IMG/VR virus record: IMGVR_UViG_3300016265_000676 | Span: 1 to 33,247 of that record | Strand: one strand, 5' to 3' | From: a virus | Lineage: Duplodnaviria; Caudoviricetes | Length of the DNA: 33,247 bases | Shown: piece by piece, positions 6,239-14,127 of the stretch | Numbering within the stretch: the stretch's first letter is position 1 | Layout: every line of letters starts with the position of its first letter | Translations under genes and position numbers: made by a program | Notes under the pieces: generated by a model | Told to the model about the DNA's origin: nothing | The model's database searches: none | Seen by the model: the letters and a program-made list of their open reading frames with translations, nothing else

Positions 6239-6465
6239 TGGACTGCTGTGAGTACGAGTGCGACCAGGGCCGCAATTGCCCGGTGCGCCGCCAGCGTGCC
6301 TACCCCGCCACGCTACCGGCCGAGCTGCCAGTGTGGCCGGACACCGCCAAGGCGTCCACGCTTCGCCGGATCGGCCGCATTGCCGCTGCCCTGGCCGGCT
6401 ACGTCGTGCTGCTGATGGCGCTGATGTGCGCCGCGACCGCAGTTGCCGTATGGCTGTCGCTATGA
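6238..6465 (+). CDS. Small membrane protein with N-terminal Cys cluster
   Basis: MDCCEYECDQGRNCPVR plus C-terminal hydrophobic helix; TGATG coupling. Confidence 0.7.
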   Translation: MDCCEYECDQGRNCPVRRQRAYPATLPAELPVWPDTAKASTLRRIGRIAAALAGYVVLLMALMCAATAVAVWLSL

Positions 6466-6531
6466 GTCTTCATCGCCCTGCCCTCGCGGCAGGCCAATGC
6501 GGATTTCCCCGCAGATCACCCGGAGCAGCAC

Positions 6532-6645
6532 ATGAGCAAGCTGATTGAGTTCATCCAGATCTACCGGCTCTACCGACGCCACAACACGCGCCGCTACAGC
6601 GCGCGCATCGCCTGGGGCTGCGCCTTCCGGGGCCTTCCCTTCTGA
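6532..6645 (+). CDS. Small basic protein (37 aa) MSKLIEFIQIYRLYRRHNTRRYSARIAWGCAFRGLPF
   Basis: SD GGAG upstream; fills the operon gap. Confidence 0.6.
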   Translation: MSKLIEFIQIYRLYRRHNTRRYSARIAWGCAFRGLPF

Positions 6646-6708
6646 TTTCCCAAGGGTACGCCGGCACCTATTGAGCCCGGCACATCAACCACAGAAAGAG
6701 AGCACACC

Positions 6709-7353
6709 ATGGCATTCATCGCAAGCGACAACGGCGGCGGCGGCAACTTCAAGCGCGTCCCCGCAGGCGCCTACATCGGACGCTGCTACAGCCTGATCGA
6801 TCTGGGCACGCAACTGAGTTCCGGCCAGTACGGCGAGAAGCTGCAGCACAAGATCCGCATCGGCTGGGAGCTGTTCGGAGAAGACGAGCAAGGCAACCCG
6901 CTGACCATCGAGGTAAACGGCCGGGAAATGCCCATGACCATCAGCAAGAGCTACACGGTCAGCTTGCACGAAAAGGCCGGGCTTCGCAAGGATCTGGCCG
7001 CATGGCGTGGCAAAGACTTCACCGACGAGGAGGCCAAGGCCTTCGATGTAGCCAAGCTGCTGGGCGCCTACTGCATGGTCAACGTCACCACCAGCGAGAC
7101 CAACGGCAAGACCTACAGCAACGTCGCCGGCCTGACCCCGCTGCCCGGGGCACTCAAGAACGCCAGGCCCGCTGCCGTCCACGACAACGTGGTGTTCGAC
7201 CTGGACCAGCCCGACATGCGCGTGTTCGAGACCTTCCACGAGAAGCTGCAGGAAGCCATCAAGCGCTCGCCCGAGTGGGAACGCAACCAGCGCAGGCCGG
7301 CCGAGCAGCAGGAGCCGTCCTTCTCCATGGCCGAGGACGACATTCCGTTCTGA
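6709..7353 (+). CDS. Phage single-stranded DNA-binding protein-like
   Basis: Acidic C-terminal tail EDDIPF; FKRVPAGAYIGRCYSLIDLGTQ beta-rich N-terminus. Confidence 0.75.
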   Translation: MAFIASDNGGGGNFKRVPAGAYIGRCYSLIDLGTQLSSGQYGEKLQHKIRIGWELFGEDEQGNPLTIEVNGREMPMTISKSYTVSLHEKAGLRKDLAAWRGKDFTDEEAKAFDVAKLLGAYCMVNVTTSETNGKTYSNVAGLTPLPGALKNARPAAVHDNVVFDLDQPDMRVFETFHEKLQEAIKRSPEWERNQRRPAEQQEPSFSMAEDDIPF

Positions 7354-7362
7354 TTCATCCAC

Positions 7363-7401
7363 CAGCCCGCCTGAGCATCACAGCCCGGCGGGCTTTTTCT
7401 T
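7363..7401 (+). terminator. Intrinsic terminator
   Basis: AGCCCGCC...GGCGGGCT plus T-run. Confidence 0.75.
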
Positions 7402-7410
7402 GAACGCACC

Positions 7411-7908
7411 ATGAACATCACCCTGCACGCAGCGACCGAACAGGTCCGCGCCCTGCTTGACCAGATCGACCCTGAGACGGGCGAGATGCCGGAAGGCTAC
7501 GAGGACGCCCGCGCCCTGGTGCAACGCAAGGCGGTCGCCACCACAGCCTACCTGCTGGAGTCCGAGCGCCAGACCGACGCGGTCGAGGCTTACATCAAGG
7601 AGCTGGTCATCAAGGTCAAGGCCGAGCGCCGCCGGCAGGAGTGGCTGCGCCGCTACCTGGCTGACCACATGAGCGCCTCCGGCATCCGCGACATCAGCGA
7701 CGAGCGCGGCATCTTCCACGCCAGCCTGGCCGTCGGGCGGGACGAAGCGGTCGAAGTCTACGACGAAGCGCAACTGCCGCAGGACTGCCTGCGCGAGATC
7801 CCGGCCCGCCACGAAGCCGACAAGGCGCTGATCAAGCGGGCGCTGAAGGACGGCTACGACATCCCCGGCGCGAGGCTGGTGAAACGCGACCGGCTCACCA
7901 TCAAGTAA
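7411..7908 (+). CDS. Siphovirus Gp157-family protein
   Basis: IDPETGEM, coiled coil, DKALIKRALKDGYDIPGARLV C-terminus. Confidence 0.8.
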   Translation: MNITLHAATEQVRALLDQIDPETGEMPEGYEDARALVQRKAVATTAYLLESERQTDAVEAYIKELVIKVKAERRRQEWLRRYLADHMSASGIRDISDERGIFHASLAVGRDEAVEVYDEAQLPQDCLREIPARHEADKALIKRALKDGYDIPGARLVKRDRLTIK

Positions 7909-8075
7909 CACAGCGGGACTCGCCTAATCCAACCCGGGACACCGATCCGGCCCGGGAACCAGCCCCAGATGACGAATCGGACGCCGGCCCGCGTGAATCT
8001 TGACCGGCCCGAAAAGTGAAAAGCGGTGGCGAGTCGCAAGACATGTGCTGCGAATCCGGGGAACGGACGGAACCC
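7909..8075 (+). ncRNA. Candidate structured intergenic RNA
   Basis: Closing stem GACTCGCC(7917)/GGCGAGTC(8028) around several hairpins; CCGGCCCG three times. Confidence 0.4.
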
Positions 8076-8085
8076 AACACCCCAC

Positions 8086-8112
8086 CAGCCCGCCCAGCGC
8101 GGGCTTTTTTTT
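8086..8112 (+). terminator. Intrinsic terminator
   Basis: AGCCCGC-CCAGC-GCGGGCT plus T-run (8 T). Confidence 0.85.
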
Positions 8113-8129
8113 CGTCAGGGAGCCAAACT

Positions 8130-8384
8130 ATGAAACTGCATTTAAAAAACTTCGAAACCAGCCACCGACACCACAACCCCAAGGACGGCGGCGACTACGC
8201 CGGCACCGACTGGAGCCGCAGCACCATGCGACCTGGCTGCCAGGACCACCTGCAGCACCCCAGCCGGCGCGGCGACGAGCGCGTCGAGCACCGCCTACCA
8301 CTGAGCATGCAGGCCACCAACCCGCGCGGCGCCGGCAGCCGAGTGCTGGCCGACCTGCAACGCATCGCCGGGGGCGAGGCATGA
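8130..8384 (+). CDS. Hypothetical protein
   Basis: SD GGGAG; MKLHLKNF...RPGCQDHLQHPSRRGD; ATGA overlap downstream. Confidence 0.65.
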   Translation: MKLHLKNFETSHRHHNPKDGGDYAGTDWSRSTMRPGCQDHLQHPSRRGDERVEHRLPLSMQATNPRGAGSRVLADLQRIAGGEA

Positions 8385-8875
8385 GCGCGCTGATCGAGAA
8401 GATCCAGGGCCACGCCATCGAGGAGGAATGCGGCTGCTGGCGCTGGATCGGCGCCACCCAGAACTGCAAGACCCCGATGATGAACTGGCAGGGCAAGGTC
8501 AGCAGCGTGCGCCGTTTCGTGCTGGCCGAGCGCGGCACGAACCTGAACGGCTACCTGGCCGGCGTCTCCTGCGGCAACCCGCTGTGCGTCAGGCCCGATC
8601 ACATCGTCCGCACCACCCGCAGCCGCGTCTCGATCAAGGCCGCCGAGGGCATGGACGCGGCATCCCGGATGAAGCGCCAGATGAACATCGCGCGCGCCGC
8701 CCGCGAGCGCGGCAAGCTCAACATGGAGATCGCCAGCGCCATCCGCGCGGACGACCGGCCGCAGCGAGCCATCGCGCGCGACCACGGCGTCGCACAGCAC
8801 ACGATCCAGTCCATCAAGGCCGGCCTGCTCTGGCGCGAGTACCGAAGCAGCCCATTCGCGGGGCTGATGCCATGA
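8381..8875 (+). CDS. Degenerate HNH (His-Cys box-like) endonuclease with C-terminal HTH
   Basis: CGCWRWIG...SCGNPLCVRPDHI and QRAIARDHGVAQHTIQSIKAG HTH. Confidence 0.7.
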   Translation: MSALIEKIQGHAIEEECGCWRWIGATQNCKTPMMNWQGKVSSVRRFVLAERGTNLNGYLAGVSCGNPLCVRPDHIVRTTRSRVSIKAAEGMDAASRMKRQMNIARAARERGKLNMEIASAIRADDRPQRAIARDHGVAQHTIQSIKAGLLWREYRSSPFAGLMP

Positions 8876-9021
8876 GCGACCCAGGCCCCACCGTGACCCT
8901 CGACCTGCTGCGCGAGTTGAAGAAGCGCGCAGCCGAGGCCAACAGCGTCTACGCCATGGCCCGCCAGGTCTACAAGCAACAGCGCCGCGAGGAGCGCAAG
9001 CGACTGAAGGAGGCGGCATGA
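8872..9021 (+). CDS. Small basic helical protein (49 aa)
   Basis: ATGA overlaps at both ends. Confidence 0.6.
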   Translation: MSDPGPTVTLDLLRELKKRAAEANSVYAMARQVYKQQRREERKRLKEAA

Positions 9022-9200
9022 CCAAACCGCCCAGCCCCTCCCAGCTTCGCCGCCAGATCGAGCGCCTGCAGCGCCTGCTCGAAGCCGAGCGCGAGCGATC
9101 CGAGAAAGCCTGGGCGGGGTACCGGGCAGCCCTGTACGAGAACGTCGAAATGAAGCTCAAGCTGGAAGCCATCCAGCGGGCGATGGAAGGAACGGAATGA
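9018..9200 (+). CDS. Small coiled-coil protein
   Basis: SD GGAGG; ATGA coupling. Confidence 0.7.
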   Translation: MTKPPSPSQLRRQIERLQRLLEAERERSEKAWAGYRAALYENVEMKLKLEAIQRAMEGTE

Positions 9201-9577
9201 CCCCCAACATCACAACCACGCTGCGCCAGATGGCGCAACACACCGGACTGGACGCGGTGGCAGAGCTGCTGCGCGAAGCTGCCGAGGTGATCGAGCGACG
9301 CGAGGCCGTGATCCGGATACTGGAGCGCGATGCCCACGAGGCGCACCAGCGCGCGGCCAACGCCATCGGCACCCGCAAGGTGCTCTGGAACCTGCTGGGC
9401 GAATGCATGCCGCTGCTGGAAATAGACGCCAAGTGGTCAACTGACTACGAAGGCAAGGAAGCCATTGAAGAATTGATGCAGCGCATCACCGATGCCCGCA
9501 CCGTGGTGCAGGCCGAAGAACTGCCGGGAAGCCCTGACAAATGGGTGGACCACGAATATAACGGGGTGCATCGATGA
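9197..9577 (+). CDS. Hypothetical protein
   Basis: ATGA coupling at both ends. Confidence 0.7.
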   Translation: MTPNITTTLRQMAQHTGLDAVAELLREAAEVIERREAVIRILERDAHEAHQRAANAIGTRKVLWNLLGECMPLLEIDAKWSTDYEGKEAIEELMQRITDARTVVQAEELPGSPDKWVDHEYNGVHR

Positions 9578-10236
9578 CCCCCAATGTCCGCGCCGCCTGC
9601 CGCCTGGTCAGCGAGCCGGCCAGCGCCATGTGGTTCGACCTCGGCACCCTGAACGAATACTCCGAAGGCCAGCCACTGCATCAGGAGCGGCTGCTGCACC
9701 TGCCATTCGACCGATGCGCACTGGCCGGCATCGATGCCGATGGCGACTTGTTCGCGCTCGGCCTGATCGCTGGCCAGAACCGGACCATCTCCGTGGCCGG
9801 ATGCACCCGCAGCCATCGCGGCATCGTGGATCTGCAGCCCTTCGTCTACCTCGAACACGAGGGCGAGCTGAAGCTGGCCAAGGCCAGCGACCGGGACGCC
9901 GCCCTGCGCGCGATGGTCATCATCGACGGGTGGCTGTCGAATCTTGATGCGACGGGCTGCAACGGCTACCAGCCGTCGATCCCTGAAAACGCCGTCACCC
10001 GCGAGCGCATCCGAAAAGGCAAGCGCCCGCTGTCCTACAACTGGCGCACCGTGGTCATTGCGCCGCGCAAGCCATCCGGCCCCGGTCAAGGCGGCACCCA
10101 CGCCAGCCCGAGGGCGCACGACCGGCGCGGCCATTGGCGCAAACACCCCAGCGGCAAGCAGGTCTGGGTAAAAGCCTGCAAGGTGGGCGACGCCAGCCAG
10201 GGGACGGTTTTCAAAGACTACAAGGTGAAATCATGA
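9574..10236 (+). CDS. Conserved phage protein with HASPRxHxRRGHWR C-terminal motif
   Basis: GGTHASPRAHDRRGHWRKHPSGKQVWVKACKVG motif, recurrent in phages, function unknown to me. Confidence 0.75.
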   Translation: MTPNVRAACRLVSEPASAMWFDLGTLNEYSEGQPLHQERLLHLPFDRCALAGIDADGDLFALGLIAGQNRTISVAGCTRSHRGIVDLQPFVYLEHEGELKLAKASDRDAALRAMVIIDGWLSNLDATGCNGYQPSIPENAVTRERIRKGKRPLSYNWRTVVIAPRKPSGPGQGGTHASPRAHDRRGHWRKHPSGKQVWVKACKVGDASQGTVFKDYKVKS

Positions 10237-10493
10237 GCACGAACCCGCAACCCGAAGCCCTGCGGCTGGCTGATGAGCTTGAATTCTTCTGGGGGCCGTA
10301 CTCTGGACCCGAAGAACCGCACGAACTCAACGCCGCAGCCGAACTGCGCCGATTGCACTCGATGAATCAGGAGTTGCTGGATGTGCTGAAACTGTGCAGG
10401 CCATACATGTATGACTATGCTAGTAACACATCGGATTGTGCATTTGATAAATTGTGTACTGTCATTGCCAAAGCAACGGGAGAAACGAAATGA
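10233..10493 (+). CDS. Hypothetical protein
   Basis: MSTNPQPEALRLADEL...AAAELRRLH...IAKATGE; ATGA coupling. Confidence 0.7.
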   Translation: MSTNPQPEALRLADELEFFWGPYSGPEEPHELNAAAELRRLHSMNQELLDVLKLCRPYMYDYASNTSDCAFDKLCTVIAKATGETK

Positions 10494-11077
10494 CCAAAAT
10501 CACAATCGACCGCTCCGTGCTGGAGCAGGCCCTGAATGTACTGGAAATGATGGGGGTGCCGTCTCCACTGGTTTTTCTGCCCGATGAAATCAAATCGTGG
10601 CAAACCGTGCAAGCGGCACTCAGCGCAGCACTGAAGCAGCCCGATACGAATCCTGTTTCGGAGCCAGTGGCGTGGCGCTGCTTCGATGGAGAAGGTGACT
10701 TTGAGTACCTCTCAAAAGAACCGAGTGAAGAAACCCGGGCATGGTCTGCGCGGTACAACCGAGAGTGGGAGCCGCTCTACAGTCACCTGCAGCCGCAAGT
10801 CGAGCAGGAACCGGTGGCGTGGATGTTTCAGCACGAAGAAACCGGACTGATTATGTATGTGGACGCGCAACAAGTCGAATGGGGCTTTGAAAAGAACAAC
10901 CCACGATTGACAAAAGTTCGTCCCGCGTACCTCCACCCGCAGCCACCTCGCCATCCGCTGATGGATGAGCAGATCAAACTGATCGACGACAGCACGCACT
11001 TTCACGAATCGCCGGATTGGTCTCTGCGGTTTGCCCGCGCCATCGAAAAGGCGCATGGAATCAAGGAGCAGAAATGA
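10490..11077 (+). CDS. Modular ea-region-type protein (two EPVAW motifs)
   Basis: EPVAW x2, PLY/PAY, C-terminal FARAIEKAHGI. Confidence 0.7.
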   Translation: MTKITIDRSVLEQALNVLEMMGVPSPLVFLPDEIKSWQTVQAALSAALKQPDTNPVSEPVAWRCFDGEGDFEYLSKEPSEETRAWSARYNREWEPLYSHLQPQVEQEPVAWMFQHEETGLIMYVDAQQVEWGFEKNNPRLTKVRPAYLHPQPPRHPLMDEQIKLIDDSTHFHESPDWSLRFARAIEKAHGIKEQK

Positions 11078-11172
11078 CAGTCGAAACCATTCAAGCCATA
11101 GGCACATACATCGTTGCACCGATCTGTTGCTTGGTGGCTGCTCTAGCTTGGATTTGGGGGATGATGAAATGA
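11074..11172 (+). CDS. 32-aa single-TM peptide MTVETIQAIGTYIVAPICCLVAALAWIWGMMK
   Basis: SD AAGGAG; ATGA overlaps at both ends. Confidence 0.6.
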   Translation: MTVETIQAIGTYIVAPICCLVAALAWIWGMMK

Positions 11173-11573
11173 TCGACCGAGACAACATTATCCGCATGGC
11201 GCTGGAGACAGGGATGATGGTTCCGACTTCCCGCGATCACACAGAGCGCCTTGAACGCTTCGCCGCCCTGGTCGCCGCTGCCGAGCGCGAAAAGGTCGAA
11301 CGATGGGAAATCGGGTCAGGGTTTACGCCTGGGCCGGAAAACAACATCGAAGACGTTCTTGTCGAGTTGGAGTATCAGATCAGGGAAGATGAACGCGAGG
11401 CTTGCGCCAAGGTGTGCAGCGACCGCGCTATGCACTGCGAGTTGGAAGCGCAGCGAGCAATCGAGAACGGCGAGCACGACGAAGTAAGCGCCATCCGGTC
11501 AACTGCGTGGCAGATAAGCGTGTGCGCCGCCGACATCCGCGCCAGGGGTCAAGCATGTCCTGGATCCTCCTGA
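11169..11573 (+). CDS. Hypothetical protein (EREACAKVC motif)
   Basis: RDNIIRMA...LERFAALVAAAERE...EREACAKVC...AADIRARG. Confidence 0.7.
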   Translation: MIDRDNIIRMALETGMMVPTSRDHTERLERFAALVAAAEREKVERWEIGSGFTPGPENNIEDVLVELEYQIREDEREACAKVCSDRAMHCELEAQRAIENGEHDEVSAIRSTAWQISVCAADIRARGQACPGSS

Positions 11574-11722
11574 TTTACACCTTCACCCCGACCGGCACCA
11601 CCCTGTCCGCGCTGCCCATGCCGAGCCACGCAGCCTGCGTCCAGGCTATGCAGGCGCGCCAGGCGAGCCACCGGACACACGAGCCCTTGGTCTGCGTCCA
11701 AGACAGCAGGAGCAACACATGA
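11555..11722 (+). CDS. Small hypothetical protein
   Basis: MSWILLIYTF...AACVQA...LVCVQ; stop overlaps the next ATG. Confidence 0.55.
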   Translation: MSWILLIYTFTPTGTTLSALPMPSHAACVQAMQARQASHRTHEPLVCVQDSRSNT

Positions 11723-12255
11723 GAAAAACCACCAAGCACGGCCGCAAGCTGCGACGCCTGGGCATCACCAGCCCAGACCACGAGCAGCAGGTCGCGCGCG
11801 TCGTGACCCAGCGCAAGCTCACCTACACGCTGGCCATGCACAAGCCCTACAGCGACCCGGTGAACCAGCCCGACGCCGACCGCATCATGGCCGAGGTCCG
11901 GCTCGACCTCTACAAGCTCGAAAACGGCCTGGTGCCCGCCGACGATTGGGTCCACTTCTTCTCGCTGTGCGACGCCATCGGCAGCGCCCAGATGCGCGCG
12001 GCCGAGATCGACGGCGACAACACAGGCCCCATGCGGATGCTCAACATCGCCGGACGCGCCCTGTACCGCTGCCGCCAGCGCCGCGACAGCACTGGCCGAT
12101 GGGGCCTCGACGGACCGGCCATCCACGAACTTGCCGACGGCATCGGCGTCTACGAGGCCATTCTGCGCGAATCCACGCCGGAGCAGATGCGCACCGCCGT
12201 GCGCCGCTATCTCGACTGGCGCGAGGTCAACCCGAAAACCGAGGCGGCAACATGA
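11719..12255 (+). CDS. Hypothetical protein, paralog of 3955-4242
   Basis: SD AGGAG; GRWGLDGPAI...YEAILRESTPEQM. Confidence 0.75.
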   Translation: MRKTTKHGRKLRRLGITSPDHEQQVARVVTQRKLTYTLAMHKPYSDPVNQPDADRIMAEVRLDLYKLENGLVPADDWVHFFSLCDAIGSAQMRAAEIDGDNTGPMRMLNIAGRALYRCRQRRDSTGRWGLDGPAIHELADGIGVYEAILRESTPEQMRTAVRRYLDWREVNPKTEAAT

Positions 12256-12377
12256 ACACCCCAACCCACAGCACCACTCAAACCGGCATCCGCCGGTTTT
12301 TTTTCGCCCCGCTGGTCAGCGTTGCCGGCCTGGCGCTGTTCGTCGTCGACCTGTTCACGCGCTTCGAGGTCGACTGA
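12252..12377 (+). CDS. Small TM peptide (41 aa)
   Basis: SD GAGG; ATGA/TGATG coupling; hydrophobic segment. Confidence 0.5.
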   Translation: MNTPTHSTTQTGIRRFFFAPLVSVAGLALFVVDLFTRFEVD

Positions 12378-12550
12378 TGCAGGCCCGCCAGAAGCAAGGG
12401 CTGGCCGACCTGCGGCCGAACGCCACCGTGATGCGCTTCCTGTGCCTGCAGCCTAAGCCGCAGGCCGGCGCCGTCAAGTTCCACGCCCACCTTGTCTGCG
12501 CCGAGTGCGCGGCCAAGGTGCGCGCCAAACCTGAGAGGAAGCCCGATTGA
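12377..12550 (+). CDS. Small Cys-containing protein
   Basis: TGATG coupling; LVCAECAAKV. Confidence 0.5.
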   Translation: MQARQKQGLADLRPNATVMRFLCLQPKPQAGAVKFHAHLVCAECAAKVRAKPERKPD

Positions 12551-12771
12551 TCCGACACGCCGACCGACTGCGCCGCAGCGCCTCCATCATGGCCGAACTG
12601 GTCCAGGCCGCCGCCGACGAAATCGACCGCCTTGAGCGCCACGAACCCCGGCAGCCGCTGACCGACGACGAACTGCGCGAACTCATCGCCGAGTACCCGA
12701 GCAATCGCGTCATGCTGGCCCGCGCCATTGAGCGCGCGCACGGAATCCAGCCCCCGGAGCCCGCACCATGA
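12547..12771 (+). CDS. Hypothetical protein
   Basis: TTGA overlap with SD GAGG; RQPLTDDEL...LARAIERAHGI. Confidence 0.65.
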   Translation: MIRHADRLRRSASIMAELVQAAADEIDRLERHEPRQPLTDDELRELIAEYPSNRVMLARAIERAHGIQPPEPAP

Positions 12772-13091
12772 AGCCGCCGCAGACCCCCGAGGAGTGGCGC
12801 GACCTGCTGCTCAGTGGCGTGCCGCTCACGCCGCGCAACACCGTGCATCTCGTCAAGTGGATCGAGGCACTGACGCTGCGCATCCAGTGGCTGCAGCTCG
12901 CCGTCTCCGAGCGCGACCGCTGGGCCAGCCTGCATGTCTGCCTGCCGAACCGGCTGCGCCCCCAAGACCTGACCCGGCTGGCCAGCGAGTGCCAAGACCC
13001 GGACCAACCCCTCGGCATCAGCTGGACGCTGCTGTCCGCGACGATCAACAACATCCTGCACCCGGAGTGCCCCAATGCCCATCATCGCTGA
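12768..13091 (+). CDS. Hypothetical protein
   Basis: SD GGAG; ATGA coupling. Confidence 0.6.
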   Translation: MKPPQTPEEWRDLLLSGVPLTPRNTVHLVKWIEALTLRIQWLQLAVSERDRWASLHVCLPNRLRPQDLTRLASECQDPDQPLGISWTLLSATINNILHPECPNAHHR

Positions 13092-13380
13092 CCTGACCAA
13101 CCCCGCCACCAACCCACTGCCCGAGCAGGCGCAGGAACTGGTGCGCTACCTGCTCGAAGGCCGTGTGGCCAGCCTGCTGATCTGTGCCGAAGTCATCGAG
13201 GCCGATGGATCGACCAGCTGGATCGAGGGCTTCTGCCTCGACATGGACGGCAACCAAACCAACCGGCGCGCTTTCGCTGGCAGCGTGGATCTGCTGCACC
13301 GCGACCTGGCCGACGAACTGACGTTCGACACCGTGACCATCGAGGTCGGGCTGGACGACGACGAAGACGACGAGGACTGA
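13075..13380 (+). CDS. Acidic hypothetical protein, last gene of the early operon
   Basis: SD GGAG; C-terminal DDDEDDED. Confidence 0.7.
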   Translation: MPIIADLTNPATNPLPEQAQELVRYLLEGRVASLLICAEVIEADGSTSWIEGFCLDMDGNQTNRRAFAGSVDLLHRDLADELTFDTVTIEVGLDDDEDDED

Positions 13381-13463
13381 AAGGAGATAATGTCTTATCT
13401 TTATCAGTTGTAACCTGTTGATTCCATTAGCACCTGTCTAAGGAATCGTGTGCGCTGTCTAAG
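13376..13463. promoter_or_regulatory. attP-like remnant: AT-rich inverted repeat, IHF site and direct repeats
   Basis: AGATAA-TGTC-TTATCT (13385-13400); AATCAACAGGTTA on - strand (13423-13411) matches IHF consensus WATCAANNNNTTR; CTGTCTAAG at 13434 and 13455. Confidence 0.5.
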
Positions 13464-13529
13464 AAGTTCCAAGCACAACGCCAACCGTTCCGAATGGTAG
13501 CCGGAAATCGTGAGGCCTTAAGGTACGCT

Positions 13530-13706
13530 TCACGCCTTCCTCCTGGCCTGCTTGTCAAGCACGGACCACAGCACGCCAGCCAGCGCAGCAGCGCCGCCCA
13601 CAATCGCGTCCATCGTGGCGCCATCCACTCCGTAGCGAACGGCCATGGCGCCGGCAGCGGCGGTCAGCACATGGCGCACCAGCGCGGTAATGATTTCGGT
13701 GTTCAT
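13530..13706 (-). CDS. Putative holin (58 aa, two hydrophobic segments)
   Basis: MNTEIITALVRHVLTAAAGAMAVRYG...AIVGGAAALAGVLWSVLDKQARRKA; SD GAGGAGG; follows the endolysin; below the ORF-track cutoff. Confidence 0.7.
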   Translation of the reverse strand: MNTEIITALVRHVLTAAAGAMAVRYGVDGATMDAIVGGAAALAGVLWSVLDKQARRKA

Positions 13707-13719
13707 CTTTCAATCCTCC

Positions 13720-14127
13720 TCATTTCAATAACAAGGCCTCGGCGTCTCGCCGGGCCACCAGGCCGGGCAGCACCTTGCCACCGGCCTTGATCCACTTGCG
13801 CAGGGTGCTTTTCTCATACGCAGCCACGCCCAGGTTGTAGGCAAAGTCGAGAATCGCCGCCAGTGCCTTGGGCTTGTCGGCCAGGGTGGGCGATGCCTTG
13901 AGGACTCCGGGCAGGTATTCCTGCTGCAGCGTCACCATCAGCAGCTCGTCGGCTTGCGCCTGGGTGATGGCAGGGTCTTTCAGCGTGACGGCTTTCCCGT
14001 CGGCATAGCGGGTCGAGCCGTAGCCGATGGTCGGCACGCCGGCAGGACACCTATAGGGCCGCAGGCGCAGCCCCTCCGCCTGCTTGATCAGAGCGGCCGC
14101 CATCTTCAGCGCGTCGCCCTGGCTCAT
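13720..14127 (-). CDS. Endolysin, GH24 lysozyme (internal segment apparently missing)
   Basis: EGLRLRPYRCPAGVPTIGYG catalytic region, FAYNLG, GGKVLPGLVARRDAE; ATG 14127 preferred (alternative GTG 14160). Confidence 0.88.
   Translation of the reverse strand: MSQGDALKMAAALIKQAEGLRLRPYRCPAGVPTIGYGSTRYADGKAVTLKDPAITQAQADELLMVTLQQEYLPGVLKASPTLADKPKALAAILDFAYNLGVAAYEKSTLRKWIKAGGKVLPGLVARRDAEALLLK

Noticed and set aside
7909-8075. Hammerhead ribozyme in the early non-coding islands
   Set aside because: No CTGANGA...GAAA core found by eye here or at 4504-4713 and 5217-5480
13380-13408. dif/XerCD site or protelomerase telomere site
   Set aside because: ATAA and TTAT are 4 bp apart rather than 6, the XerD arm does not match TTATGTTAAAT, the palindrome is imperfect and no protelomerase is present
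13427-13624. 65-aa - strand ORF as an Rz1-like embedded spanin
   Set aside because: No convincing signal peptide/lipobox or SD, and it runs into the att-like region; the 13530-13706 frame is the better gene
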